Of a stretch of 64,000 nucleotides of DNA, positions 8,409 to 17,926 are shown piece after piece. Positions within the stretch are counted from its first letter, which is position 1, and every line of letters starts with the position of its first letter. The stretch is from sequence record OQ722176.1, one strand, 5' to 3'. Under the pieces are notes generated by a model. It had not been told where the DNA came from. It saw only the letters and a list, made by a program, of their open reading frames with translations, and ran no database searches. The position numbers were made by a program, and so were the translations under genes.

Positions 8409-9938
8409 ATGGCAGATATTAAAATTGAGTACTTCGATGAGAGTTATGCGAGAGTCGTAGCAGAGCCAAGCATTACTCATGAAATGATTGACTACTTTTC
8501 ATTTCTGACTGACGGGTACAAATTCAACCCTAAATTTAAAATGGGCATATGGGATGGTAAGATTCGACTAATGACTTATCAAGGTTTCTTGCCATATGGT
8601 CTAGTCGGACAAGCTAGAGCGTTCGCATCAAACATGATGTATTCGATTGAAACTGACCCGATGATTGATCCAGTCGAGAAAATCACTCGCGAAGATTTTG
8701 AAGCATGGGTTGCGTCGCTTGATATTTACGGCGGTAGCAATAAAATCGACCCGTATTGGTATCAAATGGACTCAGTGTTTCATGGCATCAACCATCAGCA
8801 TAGTCTATTAAATCTACCAACATCAGCCGGTAAATCGTTGATTCAGTCGTTAATAACTCGCTGGTTCTTAGAGCAAGAAGAACACGAAGAAGAAAAAGTT
8901 CTAATCATCGTACCGACTACTGCGTTGGTTCAGCAAATGCGTGATGACTTTTTAGACTATCGTCTATTCGATCACAGTGACATCTATCAGATTCGAGGTG
9001 GTGTTGACCGTGATGCAATCGGTGATTGTAGAATCGTTGTTTCGACGTGGCAATCTGCTGTTAAGCAAGACAAGTCATGGTTCGACCAGTTCGGTATGCT
9101 TCTAGTCGATGAGTGTCACTTAGCAACTGGTAAATCTCTTGATGGTATCATTAAGAAGATGACAAACTGTAAATTTAAAATCGGTCTTACTGGCTCACTT
9201 CGAGACGGTAAAGCGAACATTCTACAGTACGTGGGTTCATTCGGTGATATTTTCAGACCTGTTTCAACTGCACAGCTAATGGAAGAAGGGCAAGTAACTG
9301 ATCTGAAGATCAACTGCTTAATGCTCGAATATCCACAGCCATTGCGTGATGAAATGAAAGGCAGTTCATATCAAGAAGAAATGAAATTCATTCTTGAGAA
9401 CAAGCAGCGAAATCGTTATTTGATCAAGCTTGCGCATCATCTAAGTGCTAAGAAAGGTGAAAACACGCTATTGTTGTTCAAGAACATCAAGCATGGTAAG
9501 TTGCTGTACGAAGCATTGAAGAAAGTTTATGACCCTGAGAAAGTGTTCTACGTGTCAGGTGAGACTAAAACCGATGACCGTACGCATGTGAAGAAGATTG
9601 CAGAAGACATTGATGGTGCGATTATCGTCGCGTCGTATGGTGTATTCTCGACTGGTATCAGTATCAAGAAACTTCACAACGTAATCTTCGCTCACCCAAC
9701 GAAGAGTAAGATCATCAACTTGCAGTCGATTGGTCGTATTCTACGTAAACACGGTTCGAAAGTTACTGCGAAGCTGTTTGATATTATCGACAACTTAGCA
9801 ATCAAGCCGAAACGTGCGAACGCTAAGAAGCCGTACACTCACGTAAATTACACAATGAAGCATGGGATGCAGCGTATTGAGCTTTACAACCAAGAAGAGT
9901 TCAAATATGCAGTTAAGAAAGTAGACCTTGCCGCATAG
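8409..9938 (+). CDS. uvsW: UvsW SF2 DNA helicase
   Basis: LPTSAGKS, DECH, GLTGS, QSIGR(V/I)LR motifs. Confidence 0.97.
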   Translation: MADIKIEYFDESYARVVAEPSITHEMIDYFSFLTDGYKFNPKFKMGIWDGKIRLMTYQGFLPYGLVGQARAFASNMMYSIETDPMIDPVEKITREDFEAWVASLDIYGGSNKIDPYWYQMDSVFHGINHQHSLLNLPTSAGKSLIQSLITRWFLEQEEHEEEKVLIIVPTTALVQQMRDDFLDYRLFDHSDIYQIRGGVDRDAIGDCRIVVSTWQSAVKQDKSWFDQFGMLLVDECHLATGKSLDGIIKKMTNCKFKIGLTGSLRDGKANILQYVGSFGDIFRPVSTAQLMEEGQVTDLKINCLMLEYPQPLRDEMKGSSYQEEMKFILENKQRNRYLIKLAHHLSAKKGENTLLLFKNIKHGKLLYEALKKVYDPEKVFYVSGETKTDDRTHVKKIAEDIDGAIIVASYGVFSTGISIKKLHNVIFAHPTKSKIINLQSIGRILRKHGSKVTAKLFDIIDNLAIKPKRANAKKPYTHVNYTMKHGMQRIELYNQEEFKYAVKKVDLAA

Positions 9939-9943
9939 ACACG

Positions 9944-9970
9944 AAAAAGGGAGCAAATTGCTCCCTTTTT
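9944..9970. terminator. bidirectional terminator
   Basis: AAAAAGGGAGC-aaatt-GCTCCCTTTTT. Confidence 0.9.
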
Positions 9971-9971
9971 A

Positions 9972-10082
9972 TTAGTCAGAAAAGATTGCCGAGAGAATCG
10001 CGCCGATTACCTCAAACAATAATTCAATTGGATAAAATAACCAATCGAAGAACCCTCGATCTCGTTTGCGATCTCTGCTCAT
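9972..10082 (-). CDS. 36-aa putative membrane peptide
   Basis: Not in track. MSRDRKRDRGFFDWLFYPIELLFEVIGAILSAIFSD fills the gap in the operon. Confidence 0.55.
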   Translation of the reverse strand: MSRDRKRDRGFFDWLFYPIELLFEVIGAILSAIFSD

Positions 10083-10086
10083 ATCT

Positions 10087-10257
10087 TTACCCGTTTAGAA
10101 GTTGTGTTTCAACTAGCTGCTGATCGCCGCCAGATTCAGACATCGCCATTTCGGCAAGATGTTGCTGACATTGACCTGCGTGTACAGTGCCTTGTGGCGT
10201 GTCGATAGTGACATCACCTTCTTTAATTGGCTGTTTACATACAACACAATGTGCCAT
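10087..10257 (-). CDS. uvsY.-2: UvsY.-2-like small protein
   Basis: MAHCVVCKQPI..GTVHAGQC..ETQLL matches T4 UvsY.-2; start corrected. Confidence 0.85.
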   Translation of the reverse strand: MAHCVVCKQPIKEGDVTIDTPQGTVHAGQCQQHLAEMAMSESGGDQQLVETQLLNG

Positions 10258-10421
10258 TAGTCTAACCCCGTTTTTGTAAGTGATTGGTAGAGGTAGAACT
10301 GGTCGACTTGTAAAGAGCCATGTAGTTCCCATCCCTCGTTAAGTAGTTTCTGCACTTCTTCTTCAAAAGTTTTTGAATTGTTATGCGTCACTACTTTGTA
10401 TTTAATGTAATCAGTCTGCAT
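10257..10421 (-). CDS. 54-aa DUF1737-like protein
   Basis: Not in track. MQTDYIKYKVVT..FEEEVQKLLNEGWELHGS..YQSLTK. Confidence 0.65.
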   Translation of the reverse strand: MQTDYIKYKVVTHNNSKTFEEEVQKLLNEGWELHGSLQVDQFYLYQSLTKTGLD

Positions 10422-10422
10422 A

Positions 10423-10836
10423 TTACAGACCGATTGCTAGTTTGAATAGAGCAGACGCCTTGCCACCATCGAAAACTTTACCAGTTGCTTTCAAAGCACC
10501 CATCAGTTTACTCATGTCACGCATAGAGTCAGCACCAGATTCAAGAACGAATTCAGAAACGAACGTATCTAGTTCAGAGTCTGAGATTTTCGCAGGTAAT
10601 AGAGACTCAAGCACAGCGTTTTCTTTGTTAAGAATGTCAACGTGGTCGCCTTGAGCGTGCTCAAGTGCTAGTTTGTTGTTGTCAATCGCGCTAGAGATTA
10701 CTTTGATACAAGATTCGTCATCGTGATTCTGACGACGGTCAAGTTCACTCATGATAACACCCAGAACGGATGCCACTGCGTTGTTACGGTCTTTACGTGC
10801 TTGTAGACGTGTTGCTTTGATAGTTTCGATGATCAT
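10423..10836 (-). CDS. GatB/YqeY-domain protein
   Basis: ENAVLESLLP..MRDMSKLMGALK..DGGKAS are YqeY motifs. Confidence 0.85.
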   Translation of the reverse strand: MIIETIKATRLQARKDRNNAVASVLGVIMSELDRRQNHDDESCIKVISSAIDNNKLALEHAQGDHVDILNKENAVLESLLPAKISDSELDTFVSEFVLESGADSMRDMSKLMGALKATGKVFDGGKASALFKLAIGL

Positions 10837-11246
10837 ACTATGCCACTCTCAATTTTTCTGTTATCAATAATGTGTTTAATTGTGAAGCCCATTTGGCTAA
10901 TGCCTTTTAAAGCCTCTTCGATGAAAGACAACGTATCTTTCATGTGTTGGAAACGAGCAATCGCAACTTGTAGATATTCATCACCTGCAAGTGCGTACTT
11001 CATTTCACTCTTCTCAACGATGAAATCACAAACTTCATCATCGTGTTTGCCGCTATAAAAGAGCCAGCGGTCTTTTCTCACAGCTTCCATTTTCATTTCA
11101 GCTTTAATAAGAAGTTGTCTTGCATCGGCTCGATATGCAAGCCACTTTGCATGAAGAACAGGGATGCGTACGGCTGCTGTTTCTAGTGCAGTCGTATCGA
11201 TCTTAACGTCTTCATGGTATTGTGCTTTTAAATCTTGTAGCTTCAT
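10833..11246 (-). CDS. uvsY: recombination mediator UvsY
   Basis: MKLQDLK..EDVKID..IPVLHAKWL..FTIKHIIDNRKIESG; synteny with uvsW. Confidence 0.93.
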   Translation of the reverse strand: MKLQDLKAQYHEDVKIDTTALETAAVRIPVLHAKWLAYRADARQLLIKAEMKMEAVRKDRWLFYSGKHDDEVCDFIVEKSEMKYALAGDEYLQVAIARFQHMKDTLSFIEEALKGISQMGFTIKHIIDNRKIESGIV

Positions 11247-11266
11247 ATAATACCCTCGCTTCATCA

Positions 11267-11295
11267 AGTATACATATCATTCGGGTGTCTGTAAA
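11267..11295 (-). promoter_or_regulatory. uvsY promoter (GTTTA class)
   Basis: GTTTACA-17-TATACT. Confidence 0.8.
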
Positions 11296-11299
11296 CAAG

Positions 11300-11370
11300 A
11301 ATCTCACTAATACTTCTAATATCACTAAAAGTACTAATTCTACTAAGATGATGCGGAATTTTTCCGCCTC
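11300..11370 (-). repeat. 71-bp iteron/hairpin cassette, copy 1
   Basis: 62/71 identical to 53904-53974; five TTAG at 9-bp period. Confidence 0.9.
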
Positions 11371-11392
11371 TTACCAGTTTCGCTTCGCATAC

Positions 11393-11416
11393 AAAAAAAA
11401 GCCCCGAAGGGCTTTT
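11393..11416 (-). terminator. terminator after gene 35
   Basis: GCCC-TTCG-GGGC followed by T8 on minus strand. Confidence 0.9.
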
Positions 11417-11417
11417 C

Positions 11418-14099
11418 TTATTTCATTGAATAGTCAATAGCTGTTAGCGTGTTCTCATAGAAACAAGCAACTTTCACTTCAGACACGATAGGTAATGCCC
11501 ACATTGTTTGACTTTCAGTTAACGATCCCTCATCACGATAGCGCAAGAACATCTTAGCGTGTTCTGATTTCCATCTATAAAAACTAATTGCATTCGCTGT
11601 ATATGAACCAATGCCTTTTGCTGTTATCACATTTGGATCATCTTCAGGGTTGTAAACACCGAAGTAGTTTTTGTATTTGTCTTCAAATGCTTGATGTTGC
11701 GCATCTGTCCAGTCATGTGGCAATATGAATGCTTGCAAAAGAATCCACTTTCCGTTTGCATCAGGGAAATTATCAACCCGGTCTATAGTAGCGTATGTTG
11801 AGGCATCTGTCCCGTCTGCCATTGTAAGCGTGCTGAATGATCCGCCACTCGTCTTAACACGACAACTGAAATGCAAATAACCCGCATCCTTGTCAATCGA
11901 GTTAACCCACAATGACAAGAAATATGGTCGAGTTGGGTCGATGTCAACTTCACTCATTTCAATCATTGATTGCGTACCCGTCGAGCGAGTGAAACACTTC
12001 TCGCCGTTTGTTAGCACGTAGTTACCCCAATGAACATTGTCACTCTCACGAAGTGGCATTGTAACACCGTCATACAGATTCGAATCTGAATTGTATGCAT
12101 TAAGCCAACTTGTGTCATCAACTGCATTTCCTGAGATTGGCGAGTTGATTACGTCTTGAGCAGCCATACCATTGATGTTCGAGATCATATGAGGCACGCC
12201 GTCTGGCGTAGAAAATCCGCCTTTGAACAATAGAGCATAGTCAAAATACTCTTGATCTAAGTCAGACCATACGCCAAATGTAACTGCTCCTGCTGGTACA
12301 GGTACAAAGTACTCTTGAGTTTCGAACATTTCAGACGAACCAAATATAGCATTCTGACGACCTATTTCAGCATTGATAGCGTTGTAGAATCTCAAGTTGC
12401 AAGATTTAGTTCCGTTACCGATTGCAGTTGTTCGGTCAATGCAAGCCCTGACTTTGTAAATCAGGTTTTGACCTTCAACAATACCATAGTCAACAATGTT
12501 CTGACGTTGATCAACTGGCACAATATCACGTGCTAATAAAGCGTTGCCGTAACCTGCTGAACCGATTCCATCTTTGTCTTCGAACGCAGTATCTACAATG
12601 CTATCACCCTCAGCGAGGTGAATACAACGATCATACACAATTCCCAGATCAGCACGACCGAATGCAGCGTAGCTATACGGATAATTTCCGAAATACGAAG
12701 CACCTCGATACTCAACTGGTCTGTATTGATTGATTGCAGTATCTACCGCAGTATCTGCATACATTGACCCGTTCGATATGATAAGAAATATCTCATTTGT
12801 CAAGTTATTCAACGCATTGATAAAGTTACTTCTCTGCGTCGAGTTGTTTAACAGATATTTGCTGTTTGTCTTCACTGTCATGTTATCATTGAAAATGATG
12901 ATTCTGATTTGTGAAGTTGCTCTTGCTTCTGGTGTGAATACGCTAACGTCATTCAAATAACATGATGCTAGATTTGAGCTTCCGTTTGCTACACCTGTTG
13001 CTACTAGTCTAAAATTGTTGTTTGAAAACTCTCTTAGATGTCGCGTTGCAAGCTCATACTCGCCTATCATCGAACCAACTGGTGCATAAATCCACAGTTC
13101 AGTAATGTTTACTGTTTGACCGGGACCTGGCGTTGTATTTCCAGTGTATGCTTCTTGTTGACCAATTGCATACCACCACGATGAGCTATCAACCGAACCA
13201 TCTGCAAGTGACTGAGGTCCCGTATTGAACTCTAAACCACCCCAGCTACTAGCTGTAGACTGAATCGAGATTGCTTCATACCCACGAACCCCACCTGCAT
13301 ACGCATCGTAATCGCCCGTGTAGTTTTTGATCAATGGTGCATCTGACATCATGAAGTTGGTAATCCAACGTTTTCCAGTCGGAACTTGACCACTTGTGTT
13401 CGTATAGCCGACAAACCACGACATATTTGACGTGTTTAGAGACGATGGTGTTGTGATTCTAGCATAGTGTCGTTTCCACACGATGCCGTCAATTGTTACT
13501 TCATTTCCCGCTGCTTCGAAAACATCCCCGGGAGTCGGGCTTAGTGAAGACGCTGTACCTGACGCATTGAACCATTGCGCATGAAAAATTGCCGCAGTAT
13601 CATGGTCTGATTCGTTTTCATATCCCACCCAACAAGACAGTGTATATGTTCTGTTTGGAAGTAAACGTGTTTGAGGTATATCAAATCTTAGCTGATTGTT
13701 TATTGCAGGCGTTGGCTGTTCTATTGTATACTTCGACGACCCGGGATTCGATTTCTCGATGATATTCCACGTGCCTGTTGTCGATGTCTGCTCAGTTACA
13801 GATACGCCACCTGCTAAGTTACCGTTTGTTAGAAATTGACCAACGCTGTTTGCTGCAAAGTTGTTACTCTGCTTCCAAATGTTAGTTACACCGAGTTCAG
13901 GGTAGTGTAGCTTGAATTGGAATTTGCCGTCTTCACGGCGAAATTCCTCAAGTCCATTTAATGCACTGAATTTAGCTTCAATGTCGGGATCTGACCCGAC
14001 ACTTCTAGCCTCAGCGTTGGAGGTGAAATAAACACCTCCTGTAGAGTCGTGGCGAAAGACAAGAAGCCAATCGCCGTCACGTTTAAGTCTTTCGTACAT
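11418..14099 (-). CDS. 35: tail fibre hinge gp35 with large N- and C-terminal extra domains
   Basis: Core NFINALNNLTNEIFLIISNG, YSYAAF, LRFYNAIN, VPVPAGAVTF matches T4 gp35; immediately downstream of gene 34. Confidence 0.8.
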   Translation of the reverse strand: MYERLKRDGDWLLVFRHDSTGGVYFTSNAEARSVGSDPDIEAKFSALNGLEEFRREDGKFQFKLHYPELGVTNIWKQSNNFAANSVGQFLTNGNLAGGVSVTEQTSTTGTWNIIEKSNPGSSKYTIEQPTPAINNQLRFDIPQTRLLPNRTYTLSCWVGYENESDHDTAAIFHAQWFNASGTASSLSPTPGDVFEAAGNEVTIDGIVWKRHYARITTPSSLNTSNMSWFVGYTNTSGQVPTGKRWITNFMMSDAPLIKNYTGDYDAYAGGVRGYEAISIQSTASSWGGLEFNTGPQSLADGSVDSSSWWYAIGQQEAYTGNTTPGPGQTVNITELWIYAPVGSMIGEYELATRHLREFSNNNFRLVATGVANGSSNLASCYLNDVSVFTPEARATSQIRIIIFNDNMTVKTNSKYLLNNSTQRSNFINALNNLTNEIFLIISNGSMYADTAVDTAINQYRPVEYRGASYFGNYPYSYAAFGRADLGIVYDRCIHLAEGDSIVDTAFEDKDGIGSAGYGNALLARDIVPVDQRQNIVDYGIVEGQNLIYKVRACIDRTTAIGNGTKSCNLRFYNAINAEIGRQNAIFGSSEMFETQEYFVPVPAGAVTFGVWSDLDQEYFDYALLFKGGFSTPDGVPHMISNINGMAAQDVINSPISGNAVDDTSWLNAYNSDSNLYDGVTMPLRESDNVHWGNYVLTNGEKCFTRSTGTQSMIEMSEVDIDPTRPYFLSLWVNSIDKDAGYLHFSCRVKTSGGSFSTLTMADGTDASTYATIDRVDNFPDANGKWILLQAFILPHDWTDAQHQAFEDKYKNYFGVYNPEDDPNVITAKGIGSYTANAISFYRWKSEHAKMFLRYRDEGSLTESQTMWALPIVSEVKVACFYENTLTAIDYSMK

Positions 14100-14107
14100 A
14101 AGTCACC

Positions 14108-17100
14108 TTATATCGCGTGACCGAAAGTGAACTCCAGCACGCCTTGATTGTTTGTTGACATTCTTACAGAGCCAACTTGAATATAGTCTCTGTATTTAAC
14201 ACTGTCACCTGTACCGCCGTCTGGTGTGAACAAGTCGATACGCTCAGAAAGCGTCTTACCTGCACCTGCCGATAGAGCTTGGTGTGGGTCTGAAGCATTC
14301 ACTGGATCGGCTGTACGAACGTCACTTGTTACTTGAACGATACCTTGACTTGTACGACTTGACTTGATTAGTCGAGCGTTTGCAATTGTACCGCTAGTGA
14401 TGTTCTCACCAGAGTGATTGTGGCTATTGTCGTTAACTTGCACGTTTGTTGAAACGTTTCCGCTTCCGTCAATTGTGAAGTTACCAGTCAAGTCGCCAGT
14501 TAGTGTCACTGTACGCGCTGTAACCCACTTCTCAGCCGCTTTAGCTACGTTATTAATACCCAAGTACTTCTGACGTAGTGTTCCTGCTGCTGGGCTGCTG
14601 TAAGTCGCGTATGTACCATCGACGTTTGCAGTGCTTTGAGTCTCAGTAACCGCACCAGTAACTAATAGTCGAGAAGCATCAGTTGCCGAAGCACCGTCAT
14701 TCACTCGAACAATACCCGAACCGTTTTGGAACGAAGTATCACCGTTCGCAGCAAACAATTGGCGAACAGTTGCTGATCCGTCTTCTCGAATGCTCAATCC
14801 CGAAAGACTTACAAGAACATTCCATTCTTTATTAGATTGATCTGTTTCAATCAGTGTTAAACGCGGCGATTCCCCACGAACAATCAAATCATTCTGTGTG
14901 AATGTGTAAACGCCGTCAATCACATCTGATTCGTCGCTACGTGCAAACTGCGTGCTGTCGATACCATCAAGCAATTCTGAATCATCAGCTTTTGCATGTA
15001 ATGGCAAGTAGTTACGCAATGCGTAATGCAACCCGTACGGGGTTACTGCATATGTGTTACGCAAGTAAGACGTATATGGCTGCGTTGAACCAACTGTGTC
15101 GTTACCAACGAACGTTTCAGCAATAGTCGCGTTATGAACGGTACCCCATTGAGATTCAGTCGCACGAGAGTTTGTACTGTTACGAGTCCAGTGCAGCAAT
15201 TTAGCCGGCGTAACAATAGTTACATCATCTGTACCTGTATCAATCTCGCCAGTTGTTGCAAGTTCAGCGATACCCGCTAGTGATTCTGTTGCACGACGTG
15301 CATTCAGTTTCGCAGGCGTGATGATCTTCGTATCTGACGGTACTAGCTGTGCGTTTGCTTCAGATTGCGTTGCAACTTCAAGCGTACCACGTTGAGTCTC
15401 AGTCGCTAGTGCAATCTCAAGATTGATGCCATTCCAAATATCGCCTGTATGAGAGATACCAGATACGCCGTAACCTGCACCTTGCAACACGCCGTCACTT
15501 GTAAAGTGATCGTAAGCAAGCCACGTTTGTAGTTTCAGTGGGCTAACGATATGCGTATCAAGAGAACCAGCATCAACTTCAGCTTGTGTAGCAATCTCTG
15601 CAACACCGCGACGTGTTTCAGTAGCTGAACGGTTATGCAATGTTTCTGGCGTGATGAACACAGTAGTCCATGATTCACCTGAGCCAGTAATTGCATTAGC
15701 TTCAGTTTGTGTCGCTGAACGAGCAATACCGCGAATTGTTGCACTTGCTTTCCACGCTGCTAATTTCTTAGGCGTGATGATTGCGTCATCTACTGTAGAA
15801 TCGTTAACGCGAAGTTCACTTGATTTAGCAACCCACAATGTACCCGGTTGGTTCTCAGTAGCACGATATTCATTAAGCATCTTCGGTGTTACAATGCGAA
15901 GATGATCTGTGATGTCGTATACAGTATCAATCAGACCGTTAACTGTTCTGTCAGAACGCATATTTGCAGTAGAACCTAGCGTTCCGTTTGCATTTATGTT
16001 GTTAGAAGCCTTGACAAGCTCTGCTACACCTGTTAAATTCTCTTCCGCTTGAGCAGCATGAAACTTCTTCGGTGTCAGTACTTGTACATCGTTAGTTGTG
16101 CTTCGAGTTTCAGTCTGTGTTGCGATTTCAACAACACCACGACGTGTCTCTGTAGCAGTTCTTGCGTTCAAGCTTCGAGGCGTGATAATAATATCATGTC
16201 TGAATGCTGAATCTGGGTAACGAACAAGCGTACCTGAACGTGATTCTTCAAGTGCTTCATCAGTATCGAGTGTAGCAATACGCGCAATACCGACTTGATC
16301 TTCTGCTGCACGACGTGCATCTAGAGTTTCAACCGTGATTACGTGATCTTTCAGAGGACTTTGATCAGCCCATGGCTGTGCTGCGTCTTCTGGGTGTGCG
16401 TACTCAATGCCGTGTGCAAGTGCTTCAGTAGGGTCCGCTAACGGAACAATACCTGGGCGTTTACGATGTAGTTCATCTGCAACGTCGATACGAGTTGCAA
16501 TGTTACCGAACGACCATACTTTACGTGTGCCGTCGTAGTACAGAACAAACGAGTAGCCGCTGTCATAATCGCTGATTTCGAACGATTCAACGAAGAACGG
16601 AACGAAGTCAACATAGTGACGATATTTCTGGTAACGATACGTTTCAAAGTCCAAGAATACTTTGTATTCATCGACGCCATGACCCGGGTCATTATCACCG
16701 AAGTTCGGGTGTACTTGAACTGTTACTGTTTTATGTGCTGTTTTGTTATGCGAAATCTCAATCCAGTCACCATCAACTGGTTTTTCTGGTAGAGTGATCG
16801 TCATTGACGGTACAGCATCTGCGATTTCAATCGCGTAACGAGTACGTGGTTTAAGCGTTACTGAGCTTGATTCACCTACGTAGTTCCACAAGTGTGGGTT
16901 GTTCGCAAGTGTGATAATCCACACGCCTGTGCCGTTGTCATCAATGAATGTGATGTCAGCCGCACCGATTGTATCTAAGCTGATCGTATTGCTACGAACA
17001 CCTGAGAATGGGTCTTGGACAATTTGACCAGACGATATTAGTCGCACGCCAATTTGAATTGACGTTTGATTTTCAAGGTACGCAACATCTTTAAGATGAA

Positions 17101-17848
17101 TTGTGTCACCTACGTTCGGGTTAAGCGGTAGCGAGATCGCAATTTTCTTCACTGAGCCGTCAAACGTAACAGTTTCACCGACGTTAGTGAAGTAACCACC
17201 AGTTGTCAGATACGCGCCTTGTTGGCTTGCGTGACTGTCATCAAGGTATGTGTGGTATGGTTGTTGGTTGATCTGATACGTCCATGCAATCCCGTTGTAC
17301 ACAAGATAAATTGTGCTTGCTGAGCGATTGAATGAAATACTTGTGTCAGATTGTACGCCACCGTTGATGCCGTAATGCTGAATAGTTTTACCGCCAGCCG
17401 CAACAATAGAACATGGGTATGTTGAAATAACGCCACGCCCGTCTTTGATTGTTACAGTATCGCCAGTAAGAGGCGAGGCTGGTAGTGTAACTGTGATTGC
17501 TGAACTAGCAGTCAACAATAAGAAGTCACCGACGTTAGCACCAACTGAAGAGTCTGTATCTTCCCATTCTGGGTCGTTACGCATCTTCTTCCACTTTTGT
17601 GGATCGAATGCTTCGGGCGCGTTGACTTCAATAATATTTTTGTAGAGACGTTGGTTAAATTCAACGATGAAATCTACTTTGTAGTGCGCTCGTGTTGAAT
17701 CATACTCTTGAACGGTGTTTTCATCAATAAAGTAACCTTGGTTAATACCGTCGAACAGTTCATCAGTTCTTGGGTTAGCCACGTTGATTACGTTTTGATT
17801 ACTTGCATCAAGACCTGACGCACGAAATGCTCTGCGGAATTCCGACAT
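14108..17848 (-). CDS. 34: long tail fibre proximal subunit gp34
   Basis: MSEFRRAFRASGLDA..INVA; repeats ATETRRGVAEIATQ / VTPKKL; start corrected. Confidence 0.95.
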   Translation of the reverse strand: MSEFRRAFRASGLDASNQNVINVANPRTDELFDGINQGYFIDENTVQEYDSTRAHYKVDFIVEFNQRLYKNIIEVNAPEAFDPQKWKKMRNDPEWEDTDSSVGANVGDFLLLTASSAITVTLPASPLTGDTVTIKDGRGVISTYPCSIVAAGGKTIQHYGINGGVQSDTSISFNRSASTIYLVYNGIAWTYQINQQPYHTYLDDSHASQQGAYLTTGGYFTNVGETVTFDGSVKKIAISLPLNPNVGDTIHLKDVAYLENQTSIQIGVRLISSGQIVQDPFSGVRSNTISLDTIGAADITFIDDNGTGVWIITLANNPHLWNYVGESSSVTLKPRTRYAIEIADAVPSMTITLPEKPVDGDWIEISHNKTAHKTVTVQVHPNFGDNDPGHGVDEYKVFLDFETYRYQKYRHYVDFVPFFVESFEISDYDSGYSFVLYYDGTRKVWSFGNIATRIDVADELHRKRPGIVPLADPTEALAHGIEYAHPEDAAQPWADQSPLKDHVITVETLDARRAAEDQVGIARIATLDTDEALEESRSGTLVRYPDSAFRHDIIITPRSLNARTATETRRGVVEIATQTETRSTTNDVQVLTPKKFHAAQAEENLTGVAELVKASNNINANGTLGSTANMRSDRTVNGLIDTVYDITDHLRIVTPKMLNEYRATENQPGTLWVAKSSELRVNDSTVDDAIITPKKLAAWKASATIRGIARSATQTEANAITGSGESWTTVFITPETLHNRSATETRRGVAEIATQAEVDAGSLDTHIVSPLKLQTWLAYDHFTSDGVLQGAGYGVSGISHTGDIWNGINLEIALATETQRGTLEVATQSEANAQLVPSDTKIITPAKLNARRATESLAGIAELATTGEIDTGTDDVTIVTPAKLLHWTRNSTNSRATESQWGTVHNATIAETFVGNDTVGSTQPYTSYLRNTYAVTPYGLHYALRNYLPLHAKADDSELLDGIDSTQFARSDESDVIDGVYTFTQNDLIVRGESPRLTLIETDQSNKEWNVLVSLSGLSIREDGSATVRQLFAANGDTSFQNGSGIVRVNDGASATDASRLLVTGAVTETQSTANVDGTYATYSSPAAGTLRQKYLGINNVAKAAEKWVTARTVTLTGDLTGNFTIDGSGNVSTNVQVNDNSHNHSGENITSGTIANARLIKSSRTSQGIVQVTSDVRTADPVNASDPHQALSAGAGKTLSERIDLFTPDGGTGDSVKYRDYIQVGSVRMSTNNQGVLEFTFGHAI

Positions 17849-17888
17849 TTCATTGCTCCTTTGTTTAGATATGCAATTCGCTATGTTA

Positions 17889-17897
17889 TATTTAGAC
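17889..17897 (-). promoter_or_regulatory. late promoter for gene 34 (GTCTAAATA)
   Basis: Located between rnh and 34, as in T4. Confidence 0.75.
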
Positions 17898-17926
17898 ACA
17901 CGATATAAACACATAGGAAACGGCAC

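Noticed and set aside
14108-16450. ATETRRGVAEIATQ repeats in gp34 as a novel repeat system
   Set aside because: These are the well-known gp34 shaft repeats
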